From a virus (Duplodnaviria; Caudoviricetes), in the IMG/VR virus record IMGVR_UViG_3300037537_000966, positions 1-53,050 of that record: a stretch of 53,050 nucleotides of DNA; one strand, written 5' to 3'. Below, piece by piece: positions 1 to 8,401 of this stretch; within the stretch, counting starts at the first letter, position 1; each line of letters opens with the position of its first letter. A program made the position numbers and the translations under genes. Below the pieces are notes generated by a model that made no database searches, had not been told where the DNA came from, and saw only the letters and a program-made list of their open reading frames with translations.

Positions 1-140
1 GATATAAGGAGATTGAAGCGGATTGGATTAGTCAATGTCAGGCCAAAAAGGTTCCTTCTTACATAGCGCGGTGCTTGTATTGGGACAAGAACCAGAACCG
101 TAAGAACTCACGCTACTGGTCTTACTGCTTGGAGAATTGA
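1..140 (+). CDS. 3' end of hypothetical protein (partial)
   Basis: Open frame from position 3 (YKEIEADWISQC...WSYCLEN) to TGA at 138-140; not in the ORF track. Confidence 0.5.
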   Translation, partial: YKEIEADWISQCQAKKVPSYIARCLYWDKNQNRKNSRYWSYCLEN

Positions 141-145
141 TAGAT

Positions 146-286
146 ATGAAACTGACCATAGAAGAAGCAGAGACTATACTTTTAATTTTTGAAGAATGGC
201 AAATGGCAATTGAAGTCTTGGGTTCTGATATTGAATTAAACGATGTTGTTCAAATTCAAGATAAATTGATGGACTTTGCGACATGA
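146..286 (+). CDS. small hypothetical protein (46 aa)
   Basis: Manual translation MKLTIEEAETILLIFEEW...; ATGA overlap with the next gene. Confidence 0.6.
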   Translation: MKLTIEEAETILLIFEEWQMAIEVLGSDIELNDVVQIQDKLMDFAT

Positions 287-630
287 AGTCATACACAAAC
301 ATTTCAATTCTTGGTTACGATTTGATAGTCCAAAAGCTCAAGAAACCTTTTGAAGTCAGGATAGCAATAAAGAAAGAGGGGAAAGCGTTTGGCTTCAATG
401 CGGGAAGTGAGCTTGAGGGCTTGGAAGAAAACCCCTCTATGCCATCAGACATTGAACTCGAAAAGATATTAAATTATTTAAGCGAAGAAGGGTTTCTTGA
501 CGATGGGAAAGAGTTAGACGAGGATAACTTCACTTGGATAGAAGGCTCACCAGAAATGAGACTTGCGGTTGGCTATCTTCCCGCGCACAAATTTAAACAG
601 TTAAAATATAAGATAGAACAACATGGATAA
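283..630 (+). CDS. hypothetical protein
   Basis: ORF track; coupled to neighbours. Confidence 0.7.
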   Translation: MKSYTNISILGYDLIVQKLKKPFEVRIAIKKEGKAFGFNAGSELEGLEENPSMPSDIELEKILNYLSEEGFLDDGKELDEDNFTWIEGSPEMRLAVGYLPAHKFKQLKYKIEQHG

Positions 631-790
631 AAGAAAACAAACGCTAAATGTGTTAGAGGCAATCGCTGAAGAATTAGAAACATTGGATATTTCTTTTTTG
701 AAAAGCAGCGAAAGGTCGGAAGCTGAATATGCCGTGAACGAAGCCCTTCTGGATATTCAAGAGATTGAAGGTATATGCGATGCAGGGTAG
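623..790 (+). CDS. small acidic hypothetical protein (55 aa)
   Basis: Manual translation MDKRKQTLNVLEAIAEELE...CDAG; overlaps upstream stop. Confidence 0.6.
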   Translation: MDKRKQTLNVLEAIAEELETLDISFLKSSERSEAEYAVNEALLDIQEIEGICDAG

Positions 791-868
791 TTTCTTCCCA
801 TTGGTAAAGAGGATAAAGTTTATGCGAGCTTCCGTTTCTGGCCAGATTTAAAAAAGAATTAAAATGTT

Positions 869-1084
869 TTGAAGAAACATATCTTCTTGTATTTTACTGA
901 TAATTTAATAGCATACGCCAGTTGGAGAACATCATGGGAAATTTGGTTAAAGCAAGTCAGAAAAGAAGAAGATGACTATACAATTACTGGAATGGAAGCC
1001 GAAACACACTTGGGTAGAATATATTTAGGTAGAGCGGCGGTAAATGTTAATGAATTTGAATTAAAATCCATACTGGAAGAATAA
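869..1084 (+). CDS. hypothetical protein
   Basis: ORF track, TTG start. Confidence 0.55.
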   Translation: MKKHIFLYFTDNLIAYASWRTSWEIWLKQVRKEEDDYTITGMEAETHLGRIYLGRAAVNVNEFELKSILEE

Positions 1085-1089
1085 AAAAC

Positions 1090-1118
1090 TTGACTTTGTG
1101 TTAAGAATCTGTTATTAT
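1090..1118 (+). promoter_or_regulatory. sigma70-like promoter
   Basis: TTGACT-17-TATTAT, 8 nt before ATG 1127. Confidence 0.65.
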
Positions 1119-1126
1119 TAGGGTAT

Positions 1127-1549
1127 ATGGCAAATAAACTGTACGATAAAGTTCATTGGGAAAGTAACAGCTTGGTTAGAACGAACTCAAGCATTAACCC
1201 CAAGAGAATCATTCCAAAATCTAAAACAGAGGATTTCCCTTACGGTGCTGTTACTGTCAGGATTCAGAACCAGAAGAAGGGCATAGCTACCGTTTATTTC
1301 AAAGGTGAAATTAAAACAAGGAGTTTTGGAAGCGGTAAGGACAAGACTTCCTATAATTACTGCGATTCAGAAGCGAGGATTACCCTGCCATTAGTTTCAA
1401 GTTGGAACAATGAGGCGTATAACTACTCCATGCAAGGCACACTCCCTAGATATTGGAGCTTGTTTAAAACTGCTCAAGTTTGCGATTGGATTAGGCACGA
1501 AGTTGAAGATATGACAGGGGCAGTTGTTAAGGATATACCTTTTAGTTGA
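1127..1549 (+). CDS. hypothetical protein
   Basis: ORF track; promoter directly upstream. Confidence 0.75.
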   Translation: MANKLYDKVHWESNSLVRTNSSINPKRIIPKSKTEDFPYGAVTVRIQNQKKGIATVYFKGEIKTRSFGSGKDKTSYNYCDSEARITLPLVSSWNNEAYNYSMQGTLPRYWSLFKTAQVCDWIRHEVEDMTGAVVKDIPFS

Positions 1550-1558
1550 TATTTTTGT

Positions 1559-1741
1559 ATGGACAAAGAACAAGAAAACAAGAAGAACATTCAACAAAAT
1601 ATGGCAGACAATAAAATTACAAATTGGATTATAGAAGCTACGAGTGGATATAACGATGGCTGGACACAACAACATTACCGTGATTTACTTCAAGGGTTGT
1701 ACGACCAGCTTAAAGACCTTGAATTTTTAAAAAAAGATTAA
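1559..1741 (+). CDS. hypothetical protein
   Basis: ORF track. Confidence 0.65.
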   Translation: MDKEQENKKNIQQNMADNKITNWIIEATSGYNDGWTQQHYRDLLQGLYDQLKDLEFLKKD

Positions 1742-1747
1742 AAAGAC

Positions 1748-1888
1748 ATGGCGACAAAAGCATCGACAGGTAAAATTACTTTCGGCAAAGGCAAAAAGAG
1801 AAGGAAAGGAATCAACTCTAAAAGTAAACACTCATGGTGTAAAAACAGTAAAAATTATGTCAAAGACTACAAAGGACAAGGACGATAG
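1748..1888 (+). CDS. small basic phage protein (46 aa)
   Basis: Manual translation MATKASTGKITFGKGKKRRKGINSKSKHSWCKNSKNYVKDYKGQGR. Confidence 0.7.
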   Translation: MATKASTGKITFGKGKKRRKGINSKSKHSWCKNSKNYVKDYKGQGR

Positions 1889-1889
1889 A

Positions 1890-2129
1890 ATGATTATCAC
1901 GGTTGAGAAAGGGGAGGAAGTCGTTTCCTTTCAGACTAGCCCCGACCTACACATCTCCGAGTTTAGGGACTTGATGATGCGCTTGGCAGCAGCGGTAGGT
2001 TATCACCAATCTAACATTGAGGAATACTTTCTTCAAGACGATGAAAAAGGTGAATGTTGCGGAGCGAAATACAACGAGCCAAACGAGGAAACTATTAGCA
2101 ATTTCCAGAAGCCCAATGTAACACAATGA
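1890..2129 (+). CDS. hypothetical protein
   Basis: ORF track 1857-2129; start moved to ATG 1890, just after the stop of the basic peptide. Confidence 0.65.
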   Translation: MIITVEKGEEVVSFQTSPDLHISEFRDLMMRLAAAVGYHQSNIEEYFLQDDEKGECCGAKYNEPNEETISNFQKPNVTQ

Positions 2130-2332
2130 AGATTAAAATACCTATCTATTGGGACTTCAAGAGCCAAGAGGAAAGCGAAGTTATTGTGAATGTGCCTAAT
2201 ACAGCAGCCAAGAAGGTGCTAATGGACTTCTTAATGAGAAAAGATTACGGCAATAGGCGCGAGTGGTTAATTAAAAATGTACCAGAAATTGATTTAAACA
2301 TCCCAAAAGAACTCTATTCAACCCTTCTTTAA
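2126..2332 (+). CDS. hypothetical protein
   Basis: ORF track; ATGA overlap. Confidence 0.7.
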   Translation: MKIKIPIYWDFKSQEESEVIVNVPNTAAKKVLMDFLMRKDYGNRREWLIKNVPEIDLNIPKELYSTLL

Positions 2333-2350
2333 AAAAATTTATTTAAATTT

Positions 2351-2560
2351 ATGATGCTCAACAAAGACTTAATGGAATACCAGTTATCCTCCCATGACTC
2401 TAAAATGCTGGCTGATATAGAAGATATAAGGAAGTTTATTATGTATACAGTAAAGTCAAGCCAGAGTCACAATGAGATTTGCAGATGCTTGGAAGCCTTG
2501 ACAGGTCATCGCGTTGAATCTTCTGACGAGGAAAACAAGAAGTGGATTTGCAGAGGATGA
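2351..2560 (+). CDS. hypothetical protein
   Basis: ORF track. Confidence 0.65.
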   Translation: MMLNKDLMEYQLSSHDSKMLADIEDIRKFIMYTVKSSQSHNEICRCLEALTGHRVESSDEENKKWICRG

Positions 2561-2814
2561 AACAGTACACCGCCATTACAGCAATACGAGAATCCATCCT
2601 CAATGCGGAGGATTCCAAGACGCTCAAACGAATGAGCGATATCGCCAACATCATGGCAGAACAGCTAGACGAGGTTCCAGAGGCAACCAAGAGGCGTTGG
2701 AAGTTGGCTGAAAAACGAGCGTCAGAGCGTTTACAGAAGGAAGTGGAGTCGAGCGCGGCTAAAGCTAAAAAAGTTGAACAGAAGCCAAATAGGAAGCAAA
2801 GAAGGAACAAATGA
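2557..2814 (+). CDS. hypothetical protein
   Basis: ORF track 2542-2814; ATGA overlaps at both ends favour start 2557. Confidence 0.7.
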   Translation: MKQYTAITAIRESILNAEDSKTLKRMSDIANIMAEQLDEVPEATKRRWKLAEKRASERLQKEVESSAAKAKKVEQKPNRKQRRNK

Positions 2815-3017
2815 AAAGGATGATAGCAGAACAATACTGGAAACGAGAAGATGGAGAAGTAATCGCAGTCGGAGACATGAACGAGCATCACGCTAAAAAT
2901 GTATTACGAAAGATATTAAAGAAAAGCAGACAAAGAGGGCTAGATGTTCTGGAGATGCGAGACAAGATTAGCCTAATTAGTGGTATGTTAGATGATATTA
3001 GAAGCGAGTTGTTATGA
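2811..3017 (+). CDS. hypothetical phage protein
   Basis: ORF track; W-x3-DG-x2-I-x4-M-x3-H-x2-N pattern of a small phage protein type. Confidence 0.7.
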   Translation: MKRMIAEQYWKREDGEVIAVGDMNEHHAKNVLRKILKKSRQRGLDVLEMRDKISLISGMLDDIRSELL

Positions 3018-3214
3018 AGATTAAAGACACAAAAGGAAGGATGCTAAAGCGGTTCGCATCAATGAGTCGGAAGAAGAATGGCAGGGGAGAATGGACTTAT
3101 ATGTATTTTTGGGCTGCAAACCATAAGGAAGCAGAGGTAACATTCAAGGTTCTAACTTGTTCTCCAAGTCAATACATGGACTATAAATTAGAAAGGATAC
3201 GAGATAAGAAATAA
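3014..3214 (+). CDS. hypothetical protein
   Basis: ORF track; ATGA overlap. Confidence 0.65.
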   Translation: MKIKDTKGRMLKRFASMSRKKNGRGEWTYMYFWAANHKEAEVTFKVLTCSPSQYMDYKLERIRDKK

Positions 3215-3215
3215 C

Positions 3216-3244
3216 TTGACTTATGCTTTACTTTCTGATATACT
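3216..3244 (+). promoter_or_regulatory. sigma70-like promoter
   Basis: TTGACT-17-TATACT. Confidence 0.7.
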
Positions 3245-3282
3245 AATATACTGATACGCAAGGATTTACTACTTACTGATAT

Positions 3283-3390
3283 ATGAACCCTTTACTTTGT
3301 CACATATTATACACGGGAGAACATTTGATTATATTTTTATTAGTTTTGATAATTTTAGGAGCGTATGTCTATACGCATACAGAAGGCTAA
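3283..3390 (+). CDS. putative single-TM micropeptide (35 aa)
   Basis: MNPLLCHILYTGEHLIIFLLVLIILGAYVYTHTEG downstream of promoter 3216. Confidence 0.45.
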   Translation: MNPLLCHILYTGEHLIIFLLVLIILGAYVYTHTEG

Positions 3391-3399
3391 CCCATTGAC

Positions 3400-3938
3400 T
3401 AAAGCATTAAAGAGTATGAAGAAACATATACAAGTTATATTTAAATTTAAATAAGTTTATTTATTTCTACTGGTTGTATCGCAAAGATATAATTACAAAT
3501 ATAGCCGCCTTTTTAAAAAAATTTAAAAATTTAATTTAATACTTTTTATCCTTCTTCTATTATCATATTCAATACTACTCAACATATAAGAAAGTATATT
3601 ATATTATTATTCTAATTTACTATTTATGAATGAATCGGCGCGAAATACTAATGCGCGGCATCCAAATACAATGCACGAACTAGGAATTTAATCAAGCCCT
3701 ATTTGTGAATGACTTTGCCCGAAATACTAATCAATGAGTCTCAAATATAGTGCCGCCGCCCTATAAAGTGACATTTTTCGGCGCACAACCCAAAAACAGT
3801 TACATTATTAAAAAAATCATCAAAGACAGCCCATTTATATCAAAATTTATTAAAATTTATTAAAACAACACAAACAGCCCCAATATAAGCAACCATATAA
3901 AATAACTTTTATTTAAGTTTATTAAAATTTTTTTATTA
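3400..3938. other. AT-rich non-coding region with short direct repeats (origin candidate)
   Basis: No ORF; CGAAATACTAAT at 3641 and 3720; tandem AAAATTTATT near 3842. Confidence 0.35.
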
Positions 3939-3975
3939 TTGACATTCGGTTCTGTTTATGAGACAATTAGGAGTG

Positions 3976-4230
3976 ATGACAATTAGAAAGAAAGGTTCTG
4001 GACGCACAAAGGGCGCGACGAGTCTAATAGAGGTCAACCTACGAGAGCTTAACCGTGTTCTCAAAGAAGATTGCGTAGTCATGGTCGGGCGCAAGTATGC
4101 AGAGCAACTTAATCTTGTTACTGGAAAGCGCATCGTATCTAATTATGCGAATGTATCGGCTGCTGCGCCTCTTGACGTACAAGAGACTGAAGTAGAGGAA
4201 AAGCTATCTGTTAAAAGTATTGACTTTTAA
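3976..4230 (+). CDS. hypothetical protein with basic N-terminus (RKKGSGRTKG)
   Basis: ORF track 3958-4230; promoter TTGACA-17-GACAAT at 3939-3967 favours ATG 3976. Confidence 0.7.
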   Translation: MTIRKKGSGRTKGATSLIEVNLRELNRVLKEDCVVMVGRKYAEQLNLVTGKRIVSNYANVSAAAPLDVQETEVEEKLSVKSIDF

Positions 4231-4248
4231 TCAAGACTCTGTTATACT
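4220..4248 (+). promoter_or_regulatory. sigma70-like promoter, leaderless
   Basis: TTGACT-17-TATACT with extended TG; ATG 6 nt downstream. Confidence 0.75.
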
Positions 4249-4254
4249 ACTTAA

Positions 4255-5184
4255 ATGGTTACTACTGAATTTCCAGATATTATTGGGCAAGACAATGCAA
4301 AGAGAGTCCTTAACTTTTTTTGTAATGGCTATAAACAGACCAGTATTATGCCTCACCTTATGTTTGTCGCGCCCAAGGGTTGCGGCAAAACAACTATGGC
4401 CAAGGCGACAGCGCGGCGGCTGAAGGCTATAAACAGGGACAAGAGGTATTTCGAGATAAACTGTTCTACGATTAAGAACGTAAAGCAGTTCTTCAATCAA
4501 CTCGTTATTCCCTATATGCAGGACAGGGATGCTACTATCTTGTTTGATGAATGCAGCGAGATTCCCAAGGATGTTACGATGGCGTTGCTGACCATCCTTA
4601 ACCCGAATCCAGACAACCGAACTTCCTTCACTTTGGAGGACTATACTGTTGACTTTGATTTTCGGCGGCTATCTTTCATGTTCGCCACAACCGAGACTCA
4701 ATCTGTATTCCATGCGTTGATGGACAGGCTGGAGCGCGTTGACCTAGAGGAATACACATTGGACGAGATGGGCAAAATTGTCTGCCTTAATCTGGACATT
4801 AAAGTTGAGCCGAAAGCATTAAAGGATATAGCATCTGTCTTGCGCGGCAATGCGAGAGCAGCACAAAAGATGGCTCAAAAAATTGATTCTTATTGCAAAC
4901 AGTATAAAATTAAAAGATTTGATTATCCTCATTGGAATAAATTAGGTAAGATATTAAGCATATATCCATTAGGTTTAAACATAACAGAAATTATATTGTT
5001 AAACATATTAAAAGATAATAAAGATTGTAGTTTAACTAAATTATCTGCAAAGACTGGTATATCTAAACAAGCAGTACAAAGAGATTTTGAAATCTATCTG
5101 CAAAAGCATAGCTTAATGGATATCACAACTGCTGGCAGAAACATAACAGCCAAAGGTTTGAAATATCTGAAGAAACTTGCTTGA
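4255..5184 (+). CDS. ruvB: RuvB-like AAA+ ATPase (Holliday junction branch migration family)
   Basis: Walker A APKGCGKTT, Walker B ILFDE, sensor ATT, Arg finger LMDRL, RGNAR (RuvB RGTPR), C-terminal LGL...TAGR winged helix. Confidence 0.8.
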   Translation: MVTTEFPDIIGQDNAKRVLNFFCNGYKQTSIMPHLMFVAPKGCGKTTMAKATARRLKAINRDKRYFEINCSTIKNVKQFFNQLVIPYMQDRDATILFDECSEIPKDVTMALLTILNPNPDNRTSFTLEDYTVDFDFRRLSFMFATTETQSVFHALMDRLERVDLEEYTLDEMGKIVCLNLDIKVEPKALKDIASVLRGNARAAQKMAQKIDSYCKQYKIKRFDYPHWNKLGKILSIYPLGLNITEIILLNILKDNKDCSLTKLSAKTGISKQAVQRDFEIYLQKHSLMDITTAGRNITAKGLKYLKKLA

Positions 5185-5209
5185 CATTGAAGTAAGTTAG
5201 TAGTATACT
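5181..5209 (+). promoter_or_regulatory. sigma70-like promoter
   Basis: TTGACA-17-TATACT; the -35 overlaps the TGA stop of the RuvB-like gene. Confidence 0.8.
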
Positions 5210-5256
5210 TAAGAAGTAGTCAGCGACTGACTCAAACAAAAATAAATAAATAGATC

Positions 5257-5436
5257 ATGGGAATGCGTAACCACACATATACGTTGGAAGTCGAACGCCA
5301 GACCGGCGGCGACTTGAAGATTAACTCGGCTCAACAGCTAGTTAAGGCAAATCAACATACCTCTCGTTACGAGAAGGTAAATAAGAAGGCTTTCTCGGCC
5401 GCTCTCAATGCGTCGAGTCCGCTTCGAACGCGTTAG
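5257..5436 (+). CDS. hypothetical protein (59 aa)
   Basis: Manual translation MGMRNHTYTLEVERQTGGDLKINSAQ...PLRTR. Confidence 0.65.
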   Translation: MGMRNHTYTLEVERQTGGDLKINSAQQLVKANQHTSRYEKVNKKAFSAALNASSPLRTR

Positions 5437-5446
5437 CGTTCAACAC

Positions 5447-5527
5447 GGGAGTCTCTGGCATGGTGCTGGACGAGATGTTCATGACAGGGTTAGTAGGTTA
5501 TCCTAGTGAAACACCAGAGTAACTCCC
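5447..5527 (+). ncRNA. candidate structured RNA motif, copy 1 (three-way junction)
   Basis: Stems GGGAGT/ACTCCC and CTCTGG/CCAGAG; core CATGGTG..ACAGGGTT..TGAAACA shared with 8666-8756. Confidence 0.6.
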
Positions 5528-5586
5528 CCTCTTTCTAGTCCGCCAATATAAAGTAGAGCTGGGCGCTCGTAAGGACATAGAGAACC

Positions 5587-5614
5587 AGACCCCGCTTCGG
5601 CGGGGTCTTTTTTT
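5587..5614 (+). terminator. intrinsic terminator
   Basis: AGACCCCGC-TTCG-GCGGGGTCT followed by T run. Confidence 0.9.
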
Positions 5615-5695
5615 GTTGCCCATTTTCCCCATTTATTGCAAATAAGGCAAATATAGTGTTATTCTAATGATATTCATTCTCAAGAAGGTCCATCC

Positions 5696-5770
5696 TAAGT
5701 CATTGATTACCAGAGAGTTACGGCGCGGCCCTCCCCCCCCGCGCGTAAGTCTTTGATGCTCAACGACTTA
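5696..5770. repeat. 75-bp double-palindrome element, copy 1
   Basis: TAAGTCATTG-attac-CAGAGAGTTA, 25-nt GC spacer, TAAGTCTTTG-atgct-CAACGACTTA. Confidence 0.9.
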
Positions 5771-5788
5771 TCGTGTCACTTTTAAGGC

Positions 5789-5900
5789 TTGACTTACGTA
5801 TCAGTGTATGGTATACTTATTGAAGTGAGTGCGGGAATGCTTAACATAAAAACAACCGAAGAAATTAAAGCTTGACTTTTAAAACAGTTACTGATATAAT
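5789..5900 (+). promoter_or_regulatory. two tandem sigma70-like promoters
   Basis: TTGACT-17-TATACT (5789-5817) and TTGACT-17-TATAAT (5872-5900). Confidence 0.8.
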
Positions 5901-5906
5901 AAAAAC

Positions 5907-6806
5907 ATGGCTAGAACTACAAGACCAACCACAGAGAACTACAATTTCGACGTTAAAATGACGGAGTTGTACACGCCAGACCAAAAACCAACAGGATTTT
6001 GGGGGACGCGCAGGACAGACACCGGCCAAGTGCTAGGTGTAACGAGTGACAAGTATGGCTTGTTGCTAAACAGCGACCTCATTGACTCTGTCGAAGGAGC
6101 TTTTTCCGATAGGAAATTAGACTTCGAGCGCAAAGTCTTTGTGGCTCGTGATGGTGCGAGTATGTACGCTCGCTATGACTTTCCCAATGAACAAGCGCGT
6201 ATTGGAGGTTCTCATAATGTCGGCGATACGCTTGGCATGAGAATCACCGCTCGTAACTCTTATGACCGTACTTGTACGGGCGACTTGGAATTGGGCTTGT
6301 TGCGGCTTATCTGCACCAACGGCATGAAGGGTGTCAAACGCGCCTTCGGTTTCAAGCAGAAGCATTCCCGCAAGTTGAATCTTGATGGGGTCGCTGGTGC
6401 TGTTGACCGAGCGATTGATGCCTTCGCTACTGTTGGGGAAGACCTCGGTCTGCTCGCAGATAGGTCTATTGACAACGACATTGGTGAGTACATTCTCAAG
6501 AATCTTGAGAGTGACAAAGTTCTCTCGACTAAACTTCGGGAGGAAATTGTGAAGTTGTGGTTCACGCCCGACATGATGCTCAACTATGGTAAAGGAGAGA
6601 AGGCAGAACGCAATCTGTACACTCTCTACAACTGCACGACTCAACATCTCACTCACAAAGTAGAGTCGGAGCGGTTTGAGTATGCGGATAAGGTCAACCA
6701 AAGCGTGTTGACTAAATTCGTGAAAGCTTGTAAGGAGAAAAAGACATGGGATAAGCTCACGCGCATCCCTACCGCGAAGGCGGAAGATGTCCTCGTTACG
6801 AGTTAG
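5907..6806 (+). CDS. DUF932 family protein
   Basis: RTDTG-x-VLG-x2-S-x2-Y, NSYDRT, LRLICTNG and KHS motifs. Confidence 0.8.
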   Translation: MARTTRPTTENYNFDVKMTELYTPDQKPTGFWGTRRTDTGQVLGVTSDKYGLLLNSDLIDSVEGAFSDRKLDFERKVFVARDGASMYARYDFPNEQARIGGSHNVGDTLGMRITARNSYDRTCTGDLELGLLRLICTNGMKGVKRAFGFKQKHSRKLNLDGVAGAVDRAIDAFATVGEDLGLLADRSIDNDIGEYILKNLESDKVLSTKLREEIVKLWFTPDMMLNYGKGEKAERNLYTLYNCTTQHLTHKVESERFEYADKVNQSVLTKFVKACKEKKTWDKLTRIPTAKAEDVLVTS

Positions 6807-6838
6807 TTAGCCGCGCCTTTGTGTGCGCGCAAATACAC

Positions 6839-6870
6839 GGGGGAGGTGCAACGCCTCCCCCTTTTCTTTT
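6839..6870 (+). terminator. terminator-like hairpin
   Basis: GGGGGAGG-TGCAACG-CCTCCCCC then TTTTCTTTT. Confidence 0.7.
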
Positions 6871-6944
6871 AACGGGGTAGCCAAGTGGTAAGGCGGGAGT
6901 CTGCAAAACTCTTATCGTGGGTTCGATTCCCACCCTCGTTTCCA
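6871..6944 (+). tRNA. tRNA-Cys (GCA)
   Basis: Acceptor AACGGGG/CCTCGTT, D arm GCC-AAGTGGTAA-GGC, anticodon loop CTGCAAA, T arm GTGGG-TTCGATT-CCCAC, U73 discriminator, encoded CCA. Confidence 0.95.
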
Positions 6945-7019
6945 TAAGTCATTGCCCACCAAAGAGTTACGGCGCGGGGGGAGGCCCGCCAACCTAAGTC
7001 TCTGATGCTCAGAGACTTA
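6945..7019. repeat. double-palindrome element, copy 2
   Basis: TAAGTCATTG-cccac-CAAAGAGTTA, 25-nt spacer, TAAGTCTCTG-atgct-CAGAGACTTA; starts directly after the tRNA CCA. Confidence 0.9.
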
Positions 7020-7037
7020 TCGTGTTACTTTTTAAGG

Positions 7038-7142
7038 TTGACATGGAGGCCAGTTCGTGTTATACTTTAAGAAGTTATGGGGAGTACGCACACAAAAACC
7101 GCACATATTTTGCTTGACACTTGAGGGGTTTTCTGCTATACT
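7038..7142 (+). promoter_or_regulatory. two tandem sigma70-like promoters
   Basis: TTGACA-17-TATACT at 7038-7066 and 7114-7142. Confidence 0.8.
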
Positions 7143-7152
7143 CTTTTGCGTT

Positions 7153-7788
7153 ATGAGACTTACTGTCAAACTTGCAGAGGGACGCGTTGGTTCACTTTCC
7201 ACACCGTCGAAGATGCCCGGATTTGGTTATAGCACACCAGCCGAGGACTGTATAAAAGGTTCAAAAATGCGGACAGTTGTTAATTCAATCTGTTCTTTTT
7301 GCTATGCGCTCAAAGGGCGTTACGTTTTCCCTAAAGTAAAGGCCGCACAGAAGAAACGGCTGAAGTCATTGGGGCAACTCGATTGGGTTGACATGATGGT
7401 TTTCATGATTAACAAGAGGGAGAAGACTGGCTTTTTCCGTTGGCATGATGCTGGTGACGTTCAAGGCATCTGGCATCTTGAAAAGATTGCAGAGGTTGCA
7501 AGGCGATTGCCTCACATTCAATTTTGGTTGCCTACGAGAGAATACTCCTTTGTTCGTGAGTGGATGGCTTTTGGTCGTAGGCCCGACAATCTTATTATTC
7601 GATTGTCTGCCCTGATGATGGACGGTGCGCCGCCTGTTAGTCTGGCGAAGCGTTTAGGCTTAACAACGAGCGGAGCAAGAACTGACGGAAGTTTCACCTG
7701 TCCGGCATCGGAGCAAGGCAACGAGTGCAAGGACTGCCGAGCCTGTTGGGACGATACGGTTGAAAACATTGATTACAAAAAGCATTGA
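7153..7788 (+). CDS. Gp88-like Cys-rich phage protein
   Basis: SKMPG, CSFCYALKG, FRWHDAGD, WLPTRE, CPA-x2-QG-x2-C-x2-C-x2-CW, terminal Y-x-KH; start set at the ATG after the promoter. Confidence 0.8.
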   Translation: MRLTVKLAEGRVGSLSTPSKMPGFGYSTPAEDCIKGSKMRTVVNSICSFCYALKGRYVFPKVKAAQKKRLKSLGQLDWVDMMVFMINKREKTGFFRWHDAGDVQGIWHLEKIAEVARRLPHIQFWLPTREYSFVREWMAFGRRPDNLIIRLSALMMDGAPPVSLAKRLGLTTSGARTDGSFTCPASEQGNECKDCRACWDDTVENIDYKKH

Positions 7789-7813
7789 CATTTGAACAAG
7801 TCAGAGGTATACT
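7785..7813 (+). promoter_or_regulatory. sigma70-like promoter
   Basis: TTGACA-17-TATACT overlapping the upstream TGA. Confidence 0.75.
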
Positions 7814-7821
7814 TAAAAGAG

Positions 7822-7893
7822 ATGAGCGTGATTTTCATTCTATTTCTAATATTTTTCGTGGCTTGGGGCTTGGACTACTTCAAGTATGATTAA
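7822..7893 (+). CDS. putative hydrophobic micropeptide (23 aa)
   Basis: MSVIFILFLIFFVAWGLDYFKYD, 8 nt after a -10 box, filling the gap between two promoters. Confidence 0.5.
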   Translation: MSVIFILFLIFFVAWGLDYFKYD

Positions 7894-7900
7894 TTAGTTC

Positions 7901-7929
7901 TTGACATTGAGGGCAAAATGTGCTATACT
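7901..7929 (+). promoter_or_regulatory. sigma70-like promoter
   Basis: TTGACA-17-TATACT followed by GCGAGTGAGAGAAA. Confidence 0.8.
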
Positions 7930-7963
7930 TTACCCAGCGAGTGAGAGAAAAACAAACTACAAA

Positions 7964-8395
7964 ATGGATACAAACATAACTTACTACAGACAGGTGTTCA
8001 GCAAAGACGATTGGGCAATAGGGATGGAGGGGACAGACCACGACTATATGGAACGTCGTTTCTGGGCGTTTTGGAACTGGAAAGCCACAAGCGGCAAACT
8101 CGATTGGTGGACAGACAACTTCGCCGTGTTCTGGACTGACGAAGCCAGATTCAAGCAAGCGGTGCTTGAGATATACAGGACGCAAGTCCTGCGCGATGTG
8201 GGAGCAGATACCTTGAAGGGACAGAAGGGCGGGGCAGATTTCTTTGCTCGTGATTGCGCGGATAGCTTTATGGACACGATGCTAAACGACGAGGTGTTCT
8301 ACACGGCGAAGATGAGGGCGATTGATACAACTACTCACGCAGAATTAACCATTGGCGCAGAGGACTTGAGCGATTACGACTCTGTTAAAGCGTAA
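7964..8395 (+). CDS. hypothetical protein
   Basis: ORF track 7901-8395; the track's TTG start is the -35 box, first ATG is 7964. Confidence 0.7.
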   Translation: MDTNITYYRQVFSKDDWAIGMEGTDHDYMERRFWAFWNWKATSGKLDWWTDNFAVFWTDEARFKQAVLEIYRTQVLRDVGADTLKGQKGGADFFARDCADSFMDTMLNDEVFYTAKMRAIDTTTHAELTIGAEDLSDYDSVKA

Positions 8396-8401
8396 GACTT
8401 T

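Noticed and set aside
5530-5582. Possible small pseudoknot (GTCC/GGAC, GCC/GGC, GAGC/GCTC) after RNA motif copy 1
   Set aside because: Stems are only 3-4 bp and there is no second copy to support them
5825-7124. Tiny ORFs between tandem promoters (MSAGMLNIKTTEEIKA at 5825, MGSTHTKTAHILLDT at 7077)
   Set aside because: Too short to support; may be remnants of deleted cassette genes
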